Source: Eledone cirrhosa (Eukaryota). Taken from it: DNA of 64,000 nt. This document shows positions 13,326 through 26,139 of this stretch, one piece after another; within the stretch, counting starts at the first letter, position 1; each line of letters starts with the position of its first letter. The DNA is taken from contig OZ024740.1 in assembly GCA_964016885.1 (NCBI GenBank), positions 68,820,001 to 68,884,000 on the forward strand. Reading direction: 5' to 3'. Both the position numbers and the translations under genes were made by a program. The notes beneath the pieces are model-generated. The model did no database searches. It saw nothing but the letters and a program-made list of their open reading frames with translations, and had not been told where the DNA came from.

Positions 13326-14964
13326 ATGAACAAAAACAATACAACCAGCGGCACCAGCAACAACAACAACAATGCTAGAAACGAAAACAACACCAACAAC
13401 AATAACAATAACAACAAGACCAATAACTGCAACAAGGTAGTAAACGACAAAATATCGTTTGCGCAAACCGTAAAGAAAACGGTAAGCTACACTCCGGTAG
13501 ATATTTCAAATGCAAATGAGCTTTTGAATAACGCAGACAGTACATAACTTTTGGGGAGGGCGGATCATACTCCATAAACTCTCCCCCAGATTTGCGAAGA
13601 GAAGCTGCCTTGAAAGCTGAGGTTTTCAGGACAGTCTCAAACAAAACCCGAAAACCGACTCAACTTTCACGAGGCGAAATTGAGTTGTTTTAGAAGATAC
13701 CTTAAAAGACATTGCTTTCATTCAGAAGGGAGTTTATCCATTCTGATGAAAGACCAATTGACGGCACAGAAATACTCTGTGTCGCCAATTGTATCACCGT
13801 TGTTCACCTTTTTCCCCACTTACATGGGGAAAAGAACGCAGAAAATAAAAATCCAAAGTATCACACCAAATATTTATATTTGGTGGGTACTATGTGGATT
13901 TTTAAACCTCGAAAGAAAACCACAATAGTATCGGTGGGTAGGTCCTCTGGCGACCTGTTCAGCGGAACTAGCCTGGAAATTCTGGTCCAAATGACACCAG
14001 AACGAATAGCTAGGATCCCGGAACATGTGCTGCTGGATGGGCTTATATACATAAACATTTCGGTCGAGGGTAGGCGGCCCTCATGTTACCACTGCCGAAG
14101 CAGAGGTCATCTGAGAGCTTCCTGTCCTCGGCCAACTAGCCCCCAAAAGGCATTACTGCCAACAGCTGCAACACCAGCACAACAATCACCACCACCACCA
14201 CAACCACTACCACCACAACAACAACGACATAAAAAATAGTGACAACAAAACAAACGACAAACACAGTCCCACCCAACCCCTCTCCACCTAAAACAACTCC
14301 AGAAACACCCACACACATAACAGCTCCCCAAAATGTACCCCTGCACAACAACACGGATGAAGCCTCATCATCGTCACTGGGTGACGATGAGGGAGAGCCT
14401 TTCCGACCAGTAAAAAGAAAAAAGAAAAGACATAACACAAACAAAAATACAACAAACGCACAACCACCAACACAAGCGACGCAAACAGCACAAACAAAAC
14501 AACCCCTCCTGAAAAGAAAACACCTACTACAAAACGTAAACACACACAAGAACCACAGGCAAAAAGCAACACAACACAACCAAAATGTTACACCTACATA
14601 AATACTAACAAAAAAAATTAACATACACCATATATAAAAAAACCCTTCGGTGGAGACCGAAGGGAAAACTTTTACACACTTTTCGGAGTATCCTAATCTT
14701 AAAAGGATACGGATCTCCATGGACACACATAAACAGTTAAAAGAAAAATTTCCTAAAGACGTAGGTAACCCTTGCGTCAAACCCTATAACCGCGTCTTTT
14801 TGAAATGTTTCCCCACCCCCAATCATGACACTCCCACCCAGGACACCCCCACCACAACAAACATCTCCGTCCCCACCCCGCCAGAGACAACCACCCCATC
14901 AAACAACCCCTCCAACACCCCCATGGAAATTGTGCAGCCTGGTCCCAAGGAGACGAAGAGGTGA
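13326..14964 (+). pseudogene. LINE ORF1 (gag-like, zinc knuckle), frameshifted
   Basis: SFAQTVK motif, CYHCRSRGHLRASC at 14084-14125, Pro/Thr/Lys-rich C-terminus ending in ETKR*; several frameshifts and stops. Confidence 0.75.
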
Positions 14965-15004
14965 GTGATTTCTTTTCCTCTTCTTTTAACTTTTCAGAAC
15001 TAAC

Positions 15005-18000
15005 ATGGCCAATATAAGAGTTCAATGTGTGAATGTATGCGGCCTCGGGATGCCGTGGAAACAGGGCAAACTCTTAAACGACCTCAGGTCGCACAGTATG
15101 GATGTAGTAGGCATTTGTGAGTCCAGGATCCACAGCGAGCGACAACTGGCCCCCATCTTCGACGACTTTGAGATCTACGCATCTCTCTGTCAGCCGGGAG
15201 GTGGGGGTGGGGTTGCCGTTTTGCTGCGGAAATACCTGGACTCGGAGGGTCGACTGGTGGTTCTAGACGTTGACTGTAGTGAAGGTGGAGCCTTCAGGCT
15301 GTTGGCAGCATATGCCCCATCCGGGACACCGCGGTCAGACTTCTTTAAACGTCTAGAGACTTTTCTGGGAACGTCCCGCCCCCTGCTGTAAGTGGGAGAC
15401 TGGAATAGAATCATAGATGCACGTTGGGACTATGTGGGAGCGTCTCCCGATAGAGGGGGGTGTAACAGTCTCAAACAGTTAATCGGTCGATTTCACCTGG
15501 CCGATAGATATCGACTAGATCTTCCGACTGTGCCACTGTGGACGTGGACTAATCATAGCGGAACAGATCGTACCTAGATAGGGTTCTAGTTAGAAAGAAG
15601 GATAGGGACATGTTAAGCTGTCCAAAAATGTTCATGTTTGCCTATTCAGATCACAAATTAGTGAACTACTAAGTCAACCTTAACAACATCCATAGACAGG
15701 GACCTGGTTACTGGAAGCTGATCTTGTCGTTACCGACATGCAACAACTACAGTAGACGGATTAGCACTTTAGTTAAGCAGCACTTGACAGGGGCCATTGT
15801 CAACTACAGATGATGGTACTCTCTGAAGAGGGCAGTTAGATTAGACTCGATAGGTTTTAGTAAATAATTAGTGTTAGATAGAAATAAGGCCGAAAAGGAA
15901 CTGGTAGATAAAGTAGAAGAGGCACTTAGGAGTGGCAATTTAGCCAGCGTGCTAGCGACGAGAACAGCCTTGCACCAATTCTTCGAACCAAAGCATGTAG
16001 GCTGCATTGTCAGAAGCAAAATACGTGCTCTGGGAATCGAGGGAGCGAAAGCTGTTAGCTGGGCCCGAGTGAAGGAGGCGAAAAGTGGCAACAAGTCCAC
16101 GATCCGGTCTTTGAAGGACCAAGACAGACGCGTGTACGTGAGCCGAAGCAGATGTGCGTGGCCTTTCAGCGGCACTTTGCTCACTGTGTTCGGGCAGGGC
16201 GGCGCGCCGAGAGGAGCTATGGATTTCGGTCCATACCTCGACGGCCTACCGCGACTCTCGGACAGCGAGGGGAAGTTCTGCCAAAGGCGGATTTCGGCCG
16301 TTGAGATAGGGGACGCGCTGAGCCATTGCGGCAAACGCAAAACTCCAGGTCTCGATGGTCTACCCTACGAATTTTATGTAGCAATGCCGGACTTGTTCTC
16401 CGGTCTCCTGGAAGCGGTCTACTGCAACTGGCAGCAGAACGGGAGAATTCCCAGTACCGTGACCAAGGGCGTAGTCACGTTAGTCAGGAAGGACGAGAGT
16501 AAGGGGATGACATAGGCAACTTCCGGCCCATCTCAACACAGAGTTACAGATTTTGGTCAAGGTGTTGGCAAAAAGGCTGGCGCTTGGCGTCGAAAACCTA
16601 GTGGGAAAAGCTCAGACATGCGTAATCCCGACCAGGTCCATACACGACAACCTCGACCTCATGCGATACATCATAGAGAGGGTAGGGGGTAAACCCGGCT
16701 TCAGTGTGGCCCTGATCGACTTGGTTCAATCTAAGGCTTTCGATAGGGTTGACCATTGTTACCTGGATGCGGTGTTCAGGGGCTGGATTGCTGCAATGCA
16801 CAGCAGCAACATCTGCTCAAGGGTCAAGGTGAACGGCTACCTCTCGGAGGCGTTCCATATCACCCGATCCATCCGACAGGGATTCCCTCTCTCCTCCCTT
16901 CTGTACGTACTGACTCTCGAGCCGCTACTGCGGAATTTGGAGCTATTGCAGGGCATCCCTTTGAAACCGGGACAGCGAAAAGCGGCGTCGGCCTACCCGT
17001 GACAGTAATGGTGTCGAGCACCTCGCAAACCGGGGAGGTCGGCACCTTACTGGAGGAATACGAAAGTTCACAGGAACGAAGCTGAACCCGGACAAATCAG
17101 TCGGTTTGCAACTCAGAACGTGGAGCGGCAAACCGATGCCTTCCGATGGCGCGGTCGGACGCTGGACGGAAGGACCGGTAAAGCTGCTCGGGGTCTGGTT
17201 TGGTCCGGACATCTATGTGGAGAAGAACTGAAACGAACTGACGGCCAAGGTGTTTGCGCTCACCCAGAAGTGGGTAGAGTGCAAACATTCCTTGATAGGT
17301 CAAGCGGAGGTGGCGAACACTTTTATAGCGTCCGTCATCTACTACCGCTTGTCCAGCCAAAACGCTCACCAAAATGGAGCGCGCGCTCTTCCAATACCTT
17401 TGGAAGGAGCGGGCTCCTTTGGTGAGAAGATCCATCTGCTGCCAACATCCTTCAAACGGAGGGCCAGGGGTGCCGTGGCTGACGATGCGCAAATACGCGC
17501 TCAGGCTGCCTGCACCCCTCCACGTATTCCTCACCGGGCATCTGGTGTGGGCCCGGTTGTGAGGCGAGCCTTCCCACGACTCGTCTCGCTGACCGAGCTG
17601 CAGTCCTGGGTCAAGCAAAGACCAAAGGAAATCTAAGATAGACCCCGATCCACTTTACCGGTCCTTTCGTCCAGCGTCCGACGACGCCATCGGAAGGCAT
17701 CGATTTGCCTCTACACGCTCCGAGTTGCAAACCGATGGATTTGTCCCGGTTCAGCTTCGCTCCTGTGAACATGTCGTATTCCTCCAGTAAGTAGCTCTGA
17801 GCGACTGGCACATAGAATGTTCTCAGGCGCTCACAGTCCTCTGGCAAACGGACCCGGCGATCAGTGGAGACTCCACTTTGACATTCTATAGAGGGTTCAT
17901 CCGCAGTAAGTGTGACAACGCGCTCGGGGAAACTCTAGGCGTAGAGCAGGATGAACTGGCCAGTCTGTTCGGTAGGACCTTCCGCCCGGGACCAATGGAC

Positions 18001-18521
18001 AACTTCCAAAAGTCCCTGGCCTGGCAGTGCTACCGAGGAGCTCTACCAGTTCGAGACAAGCTCTACAGACACGGGTGCCCGGGTAGGGACCCTTCGAAAT
18101 AGATCTGTCCGAGATCCATGCGCAACGAGGAAACCGTCGCACACGCATTTGTACACTTCCTGGGCATTACCGACCTGTGGGGCTATGTAGAACGACTATT
18201 GTCGCGGGTGGGACCAATCCAGTTGACACCGAAACCATTGTCATGATCACACCACCACCCTCCTTCAAAAACGAGGGAGAGGCAGTTTTCCTATGTGTAA
18301 TGTCTACGGTGAAAGAGGTTATATGGTGGACGAGGTTAAAAGGGCTGAGGTCAGACACCTTTCTCTCCGGCGAGCAACTGATTCGCTTTTTCAAATATCA
18401 TTTTGGAAGAAGAATCAGGATGCAGAGTGAGGTGCTGTACCCCAGCAAATTTTATAAAAGGTGGGTGAATGTGGCAAAGATGGCCCGAGCGGTTGGGCCT
18501 TCTCTCTTTATAAGCCTGTAG
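15005..18521 (+). pseudogene. LINE ORF2: AP endonuclease, reverse transcriptase and C-terminal Cys region, disrupted
   Basis: NVCGL, GGGVAVL, AYAP, GDWN, SDH (APE); KTPGLDGLPYEFY, KAFDRVDH, IRQGFPLSSLLY (RT); YADD motif deleted; multiple frameshifts. Confidence 0.92.
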
Positions 18522-18751
18522 GTTGAGGAAAAAGAGGAAGAGTGGAAGGGAGTACTCACTCTTGGTGCTCCTGGAGATGAGCGTTGTACATTTTTTGGGG
18601 GCGTGTACAACACCCGTGTAACGCCTCTCCCCTATTGGGGATTTCTATTGTTATTTGTTATTTTATTAATAGTTTTATTTTCATATACCTGTATGTAAAC
18701 TCCCCATTTGTATTTGTCCCCTTCTTTTGTGCCCTTGTGGCTAATAAAGAA

Positions 18752-18752
<1 letters not shown>

Positions 18753-18807
<55 letters not shown>

Positions 18808-18878
18808 ATTGATCTATCTATCTGTCTGTCTATATGTCTATCTATCTATCTATCTATCTATCTATATATATATATATC
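18753..18878. repeat. (TATC)n tract between LINE copies 2 and 3
   Basis: Seen directly. Confidence 0.97.
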
Positions 18879-18879
18879 T

Positions 18880-21800
18880 CTCCATAACGCTCCCAACAAC
18901 CACTATCGAAGCTGCACTAAAAGACATCAAGCCAGACGTGGCATACCTCCAAAGAGGTAAATAGTATGGAAGTGTGTCAGTGCTCTTTAACAGCGAAACT
19001 CTGGCACAAAAACACTCGGTTCAACCAATAAAAACGGATCAATCACATCTTCTTCCTCACATACATGGGAATAAGATCCTACAAAATAAAAATAACCAGG
19101 ATCCCAACAGAGGATAACATATGGTGGATCCTACGCTGCATCCTAAAGAAGGTTGACGACGCCCTCCTATCTGTAGACAGGACAGATCGCCATAACTGGT
19201 TTGGAACCTGCATCGAGGTTCTGGTACAAATGAGACCAGAATGAGTTGAGAAAATCCCGGACAGGATCGTCCTTGAGGAAGATGTCATCCCCATTTTAGT
19301 GGAGGGAAAAAGACTTCAATGCCATAAGTGCGGGAAAACTACACACTTAAAGGCCTTTTGCCCTCTCTTAAACAAACGTAGGACAAACAAGGTGTTATTA
19401 CCAACACCAAAACCCCATCATCAACACCCCAAACCAAACATAACACAAACACCTGCAACATCCACTCCTACACCACCACAGATCAGAGTCAACCACACAC
19501 ACAAAATCCCACTGAAAAACCTTCTATTGCCCCTCCCTCCCTGTCAAATACTGCCACAAACACCTGCACAAACACTCCACCACACAACATACCCCTCCCA
19601 TCTACCCCTGATTCAGAAGTCTCAGACACGGGAAACTCTACATCTCCAAGTGAGAATGAAGAGGAACCCCGAAAATCAAAAAGAATAGAAAAGAGACATA
19701 AAAATGACAAAAAACAAAAACATCTACAGAAAACACGCACACACCCAACCCCGCCATAAACACACCGCCACAAACGACAAACATACCAACAACACAATCA
19801 CCACCAACACAACCAAACACTTCACCCTCAAAACAAACAACCACACCACCACAATCACAAACCACAACCACAAAAAGAAAACTACAAACAGAAACAGTAC
19901 ACATAAAAACAAAACATTACACATACATAAAATCAAGAAATAAAGAACCTGTGGAAACTGTCCGAAAGGACCTCACAATATAAACGGAAGGGAAAACCTT
20001 CCCCACCAACGACCTAACCCCAAACCTCAAAATTATCAGGGTAACAGTACGAAACTTTAAAAGGGAACTTCCCACATGATGTTCCCACCCCTCTTTCCAA
20101 AAACCTCTTAACCGTGTCCTGATAAAATGATTAAAAACACCACCAATATGGACATAGAGATTGAACAACCCGACCTCCAGGAGTCGAAAAGGTAAGCCTT
20201 TTCTCTCCTTAACTCTTCTTCACCAACATGGTGACTATACACGTTGGATGTTTGAATGTACGTGGCCTGGACATGCCCTGGAAACAGGGCCAAATTTTTA
20301 ATGATCTCATGTCATATTGTATTGATGTGATAGCCATCACCGAGTCCAGGATTCACGACAGTCAGCAGCTAACCCCCATGTTCGGTTATTTTGAGATCTA
20401 CACATCTCTCTGTCAGCGAGGAGGTGGAGGGGGAGTTGCTGTTCTGTTTCGAAAAAACTTGTACCTCAAAGTACAAACGATTCACTTGGAGCCGGAGGGC
20501 AGCCTGATGAACCTGGACGTGAATGGTAGTGAAGGTGGAGCTTTCAGACTGCTTGCCGTATATGCCCCGACTGGGATATCGCGATCAGAGTTCTTCAAGC
20601 GTCTGGAGCCATTCCTGGGAACGTCTCTCTCGTTAGTGTTAGCGGGGGACTGGAATGGCATCTAAGACGCACGTTGGATCTATGGAGGAGCTTGTGATAT
20701 TAGAGGGAGTGTAATAGCCTCAAAGATCTCATCAGACCATTCCAAATGGCTGATACATCTACTTGAATCCAAGCAGATGTGCACGGCCTTCCAGCAGCAT
20801 TTTGCACAACTGTTCGGGCAAAGCGGTACGTCGAGCGACGTGATGGACTTCAGTTCCTACCTCGACGGCGTATCAGGACTCTCGAGTATGGATGTAGAGA
20901 GCTGCAAAAGGCCGATCGCAGCGGGCGAAAGAGAAGATGCCCTAGGCAGCTACGGGAAACGCAACTCGCCCGGTTTAGATGGTCTACCCTATGAGTTTTA
21001 CATAGGCATCCCAGACTTGTTCTTTGGCGTCTTCGACGCGGTCTACTGCAACTGGCAGCAGAACGGGAGGATTCCCAGTTCTGTAGGCAGAGACGTAGTA
21101 ACGCTGATCAGGAAAGATGCGAACAAGTGGGAGAAGATAAGCAATTTCAGACCCATAACTCTTCTCAACACAGAGTTAAAGGTTTTGGCCAAGGTGCTAG
21201 CGTAGGGGAAGCGTAAACGTGTGCAATCCCGACCAGGTCCATACACGACAACCTCCACCTCATGCGATACATCATAGAGAAGGTTGTGTGTAAACCTGGC
21301 TTCGGTGGGGATCTGATCAATTTTGTTCAGTCTAAGGCATTTGATAGTGTCGACCATCAATACATGGAAGCGGTTCTCAATGCAGCCGCCTTCTATCCCG
21401 TCTTCAGAGGCTGGATCGCTGCAATGCACACCAGCATCTGCTCGGCACTCAAGGTGAATGGCTACCTATTGGAGCCATTCCAAATCATGAGTTCCATCCG
21501 TCAGGGATGCCCTCTCTCCTCCATTCTGTATGTACTGACTCTCGAGCCATTACTGCGGAAGTTGGAGCTGTTGCAGGGCATTCCGATCGAACCAGGACTT
21601 CGGAAAGCAGTGTCGGCCTATGCTGACGACATAACCGTAATGGTGTCCAAGACCTCGGAAATCGGGGTAATCGGCAGCCTATTAGAGGAATACGAAACGT
21701 TGACAAGAGCAAGAATAGACCCAAACAAGTCTGTCGGTTTGCAACTCGGCACATAGAGAGGCAAACCCATGCCTTCCGACAGTGTCGTTGGACGCTGGAC

Positions 21801-23197
21801 AGAGGCACCGGTGAAATTGCTCGTGGTCTGGTTTGGTCCACACCTCCAGCTGGACAAGAACTAGAACGAGGTCACGGTGAAGGTATTTGCAGTCACCCAG
21901 AAGTGGGCAGAGTGCAAACAATCCTTGAAAGGTCGAGCGGAGGTGGCGAACACTTACATAGCGTCCGTCATTTACAACCGCTTGACAGTCGTGCCTTGTT
22001 CTCGCGAATATCTCACCAAAATGGGCCTACTCTTCAAGCTCCTCTGGAAGAAACTGGCTCCATTGGTGAAGAGATCCATCTGCTGTTAACACCCTTATAA
22101 CGGAGGGCTGGGCATGCCGTGGCTAATAATGCGCAAATACGCGCTGAGGCTACCCATCTCCAGGTATTCTTGACCGGTGAACCGGTGTGGCTGTCATTTG
22201 TGAGACAAGCTCTTCCACAACTCGTCTCACTAACAGAGCTGCAGTCCTGGGTCAAGCGAAGACCGAAAATTGGTGCCTGGCACCTCGAGTGCCATCAGGC
22301 GCTCACAGTCCTCTACCAAGCGGAAACGGCAATCAGGGGAGACTCCACTTCGATATTTATGGGGGATTAGTGGAGGATAAGTGCGACGACGTTCTCGGAA
22401 CTCTAGGCATCGAGGAGGATGAACTGACCAGTCTGTTCGGGAGGACTTTCCGTCCGGGGCCTATGGATAACTTACAGAGGTCCCTGGCCTGGCAGTGCTA
22501 CCGAGGTGCTCTACCAGTCGAGACATCTACAGGCACGGACGCCCTGGAAGAGATCCTGTCCAAGATGCGAGCAGGACATCGAAACCGCTCTGCACGCAAT
22601 CGTTCAATACCCAAGGGTGACCGACCTGTGGGATTATTTCGAACAGCTACTGTCACGTGTGGGACGCATGCAGTTGTCAGCCCAATCCATCGTAAGGATT
22701 AACCCACCGCCGGAGATGCGGTCTTCCTCTGTCTGGTGGCAATGACGAAAGAGGTAATATGGTGGACGAGGTTAAAAGGGCAAACACCTTTCTCTCCGGT
22801 CAACAACTTATCCCCTTATTTAAGTACCACTTCAGAAGGAAGGTGAGACTAGAGAAAGAGGTGCTACACCCCAGTAAATTAGCTGAAAAGTGGGTGAATG
22901 TGGCGAAAATAGCCCGAGTGAATGGGCCTTCTCTGTATATAAACCTGTAGGTTGAGGAAGATGAACAGAGGCTAAACGGGAACACCTACAACACGTGTTC
23001 CTGGTTTTGAGGGTTGCTCAATGGGGTGTAAAACAACCCTGCAGTAACGTTCCCCCCTGTTGGGGATTTCAATTGTTATTTTATTATATATAGTTTAATA
23101 TTTATTAATGTTAAATTTATATGATTTTTATGTAAAACCCCCGCCGTCACGTCTTGTAACATCCCATTTTTGTACGCCCCTGTGGCAAATAAAGAAA
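18880..23197 (+). mobile_element. L1/Tx1-clade LINE copy 3 (divergent subfamily), 5'-truncated in ORF1, internal deletion near 20765
   Basis: CHKCGKTTHLKAFC knuckle ~19320-61; ORF2 ATG 20228 with NVRGL and GDWN; SPGLDGLPYEFY, NFRPITLLN, IRQGCPLS, AYADD (~21616-30); AATAAA 23188-93 followed by a degraded TATC tail. Confidence 0.93.
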
Positions 23198-23598
23198 GAT
23201 ACCTATATGTCTAACTATCTATCTACAAAAGGCGTAAGTGAAATTAAAACATTTTCTTTATTTTACGCTTGCTTTACTGATAACAAAAACTTCAATGGAG
23301 ACATACATATATAATTATTTTTCAAGCGAAAATACCTCTATAAATTGAAATGCCAAAGCTAGATGAACTTCAGGTTCTATCCATCTGCATTGTTTTATCT
23401 GCAAAATCATTGTGGGAAATCATAAAGGACTGAAGTAGAGTGTACTTTACTGTCAGCATAAAGGATGCTTATCTCATGAACAATATTTTGTTCATAAGCT
23501 TCACATTAAAAGAAATAATATTTACAATGACAGCAACGAGTGTTGATATCGAATGTGGTAATACGCATTGTTAATAATTATTTTCAGGTGGATTTCAG

Positions 23599-23788
23599 AG
23601 AGGTGGATTGGCAGTATCGGTAGAGGGTCGGACACCGTGCTTTGCAGCATAGAGTCACGGCCTTTTATAATCTGAGTTCAAATCCCACCGAGGTTATCTT
23701 TGCCTTTCATCCTTACGGGGTCGATAAAATAATGTACCAGTAATACACTGTATAATTGCTGGCCTTGTGCCAAAAGTAGAACAATTAT
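23599..23788 (+). mobile_element. tRNA-derived SINE (family A), full length
   Basis: A box TGGCAGTATCGG, B box GAGTTCAAATCC, same central domain and tail as 5300-5486. Confidence 0.9.
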
Positions 23789-25011
23789 TTCCAGGCAATG
23801 TTCTTGAAATAGCTTTGAAGATTTAGTCAGCAATAGCAAATCAGCACTAATTGTATTTGTGCAGTTTTCCCTAGAACCTTGTAGAATGGGGTACAAATAG
23901 ACACGATGGTTAAATATATTTTCATGCAAAATGCATGATACCAATGTTTGAAATTAAGTTAATTCCTTTCGTTTTAGGTGGTCTTCTACGTGATGATATC
24001 TCATTGAAGGTTTCTTGGTCGTAGCAATGATATGGCCCAAATCCTATCATGAAAAGCCAAATGACATAAAGTGTCATGCTCATAACACGACATAGACAGG
24101 AAACTGAACCGAAAGTCTTACTTCAGGGACACGCACCTATAAAATCCGAATGATTGCAGCATATAGCTCTTAGATACATTGTATCCAAGGTCTATTTGAT
24201 ATTGCAAAACCATGTGTTTTTCAGCTATAAGTTTCCAAAGCAACTCAAATCACTCATTTGTTAGTAAACCATTTAATTTATTCTCGTCATAAAATAAAGC
24301 ATTTGCCACCCCATTATACGGTTCTCTATGCTCTATAATATTGTGGATCGGTGTTATTGCGTAAGGAAAATATTTAGAAATCATAATGCCTATAACAATT
24401 GTAAGAACTAAATAAAACAATTTAAAAATTAATATAATTTCTATTCTGTGTCCATATTAAAGTTTATTATAGTAGTCCAACAAGTCGGCAGAAATAGAAT
24501 ATTGAACTGCTATATTTCTTACTAATAGAGATAAATTGAAAAGAAGCCAGATCTATCAATCTTAGCCAATTACAAACTGACAGTATGTAATAGATTTAGT
24601 TGGAAACGAGCCATCTTTGATGTGATTATTGAAACAGCAATTATCTTAAGGCACGAGGATATGGGAAAGAAAATGGATTATGTTGTTGCCATGTTTGTAT
24701 AGGAAACATCGTAAATATATTCGACGCTTCTTCGATGAGTAAAATCATAATTGAGGTAGAAGTATTATATCACAGAGTAATCATTGTAAATTTGACAAGT
24801 CAATGGATGTTGTTAATTGGTATAAATATAGAAAATAAGGAAAGACTTGCAAGCCTAATGATCCAAGTAATATAGTAATTTACACATCACAGTCTGAAAT
24901 AGTTTCTTGCGTATGATATAGCAATATCTTGAGTATTACGAACGTAACAAAAGATGTTGTAGATATGTGGATCAATCTGTCACATGGTTAAAGTTTGGAA
25001 GCAAACGGACT

Positions 25012-25063
<52 letters not shown>

Positions 25064-25267
25064 TATTTATGTTGTGTGCGAGCGCCTGTGTGTGCTGCGT
25101 ATGTGTGTGCATGTGTGTGTGTATGTGCGCGTGTGTAGATATATATATACATATATGCATAGATATAGACATAGATACATACATACACGTGTATGTACGT
25201 ACACAGATACGGAACGCGAAATATTTGTGTGTGAATAAATACATTTATCTACTATAAGATATATATA

Positions 25268-25348
<81 letters not shown>

Positions 25349-25350
25349 GT

Positions 25351-25418
<68 letters not shown>

Positions 25419-25659
25419 ATACATGTTTGGGTTTGACCCCACCTAGCAGACATGCTGGGGTACCCGGTGGATTTAATAACATTGGCACTTTCTGCATCTT
25501 GTGGGACCTGCTTGTGCCCTAGAATTTAGCTGTGGTGCTAAACAACCCCAGCATGTACTCTCTCCTTATTCGCCATCTCCGATCTCCCTATATTTACCCT
25601 CTATTATATTCCGATTGTTCGTGTGACTAGGCTTTGTAGAGCTTATACTCAGCACTGTG

Positions 25660-25720
25660 TTTATTAAGTTCTGATGATTCCTACCCAACGGTATGGATGA
25701 AACATTGTAAGCAAATAAAA
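25660..25720 (+). ncRNA. Type I hammerhead-like motif in a PLE terminal fragment (25425-25760)
   Basis: CTGATGA 25671-77; stem II TCC-TACC/GGTA-T-GGA; GAAA 25699-702; near-palindromic ACATTGT; GTA triplet ending at 25709; stem I GTT/AGC plus TTTAT/ATAAA. Confidence 0.6.
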
Positions 25721-26139
25721 AACTGTTTTCAGTATGTAAGCGTTCTTTGGTTTATTTTACACACACACATATATTTATATATATATATATATATGTGTGT
25801 AGATAAATCTACCAAAATATTCGGTAGTGGCCAATCCGTATGAAGAACTCAATGTAATCCAAATATCATGAAAATAGAAGATGTATTCAAACATCTTTTC
25901 GATGAAAATCACAGGAAAACAGAGTCAAGATAAATTAATAAAATCAATGAATAAACGCAAAGAAACAGTTCCTTATATTAAAAAAATCATCATTTTGCCA
26001 TCGTTTCTAGGATATATATGTGTGTGTTGGTATGTATATCATATAGATCTATGTAAACATTTTACAAACTATCAGAGGGAATACACAGACCTACACATAT
26101 ATATGCTGTCTTCAAAAATAATGATATTTGTTTATTGAG

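Larger units (their letters stand above)
12955..18752 (+). mobile_element. Near full-length L1/Tx1-clade LINE (copy 2), inactivated
   Basis: 5' UTR, ORF1 with CCHC knuckle, ORF2 with APE and RT, 3' UTR with AATAAA 18743-48, then (TATC)n. Confidence 0.93.
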
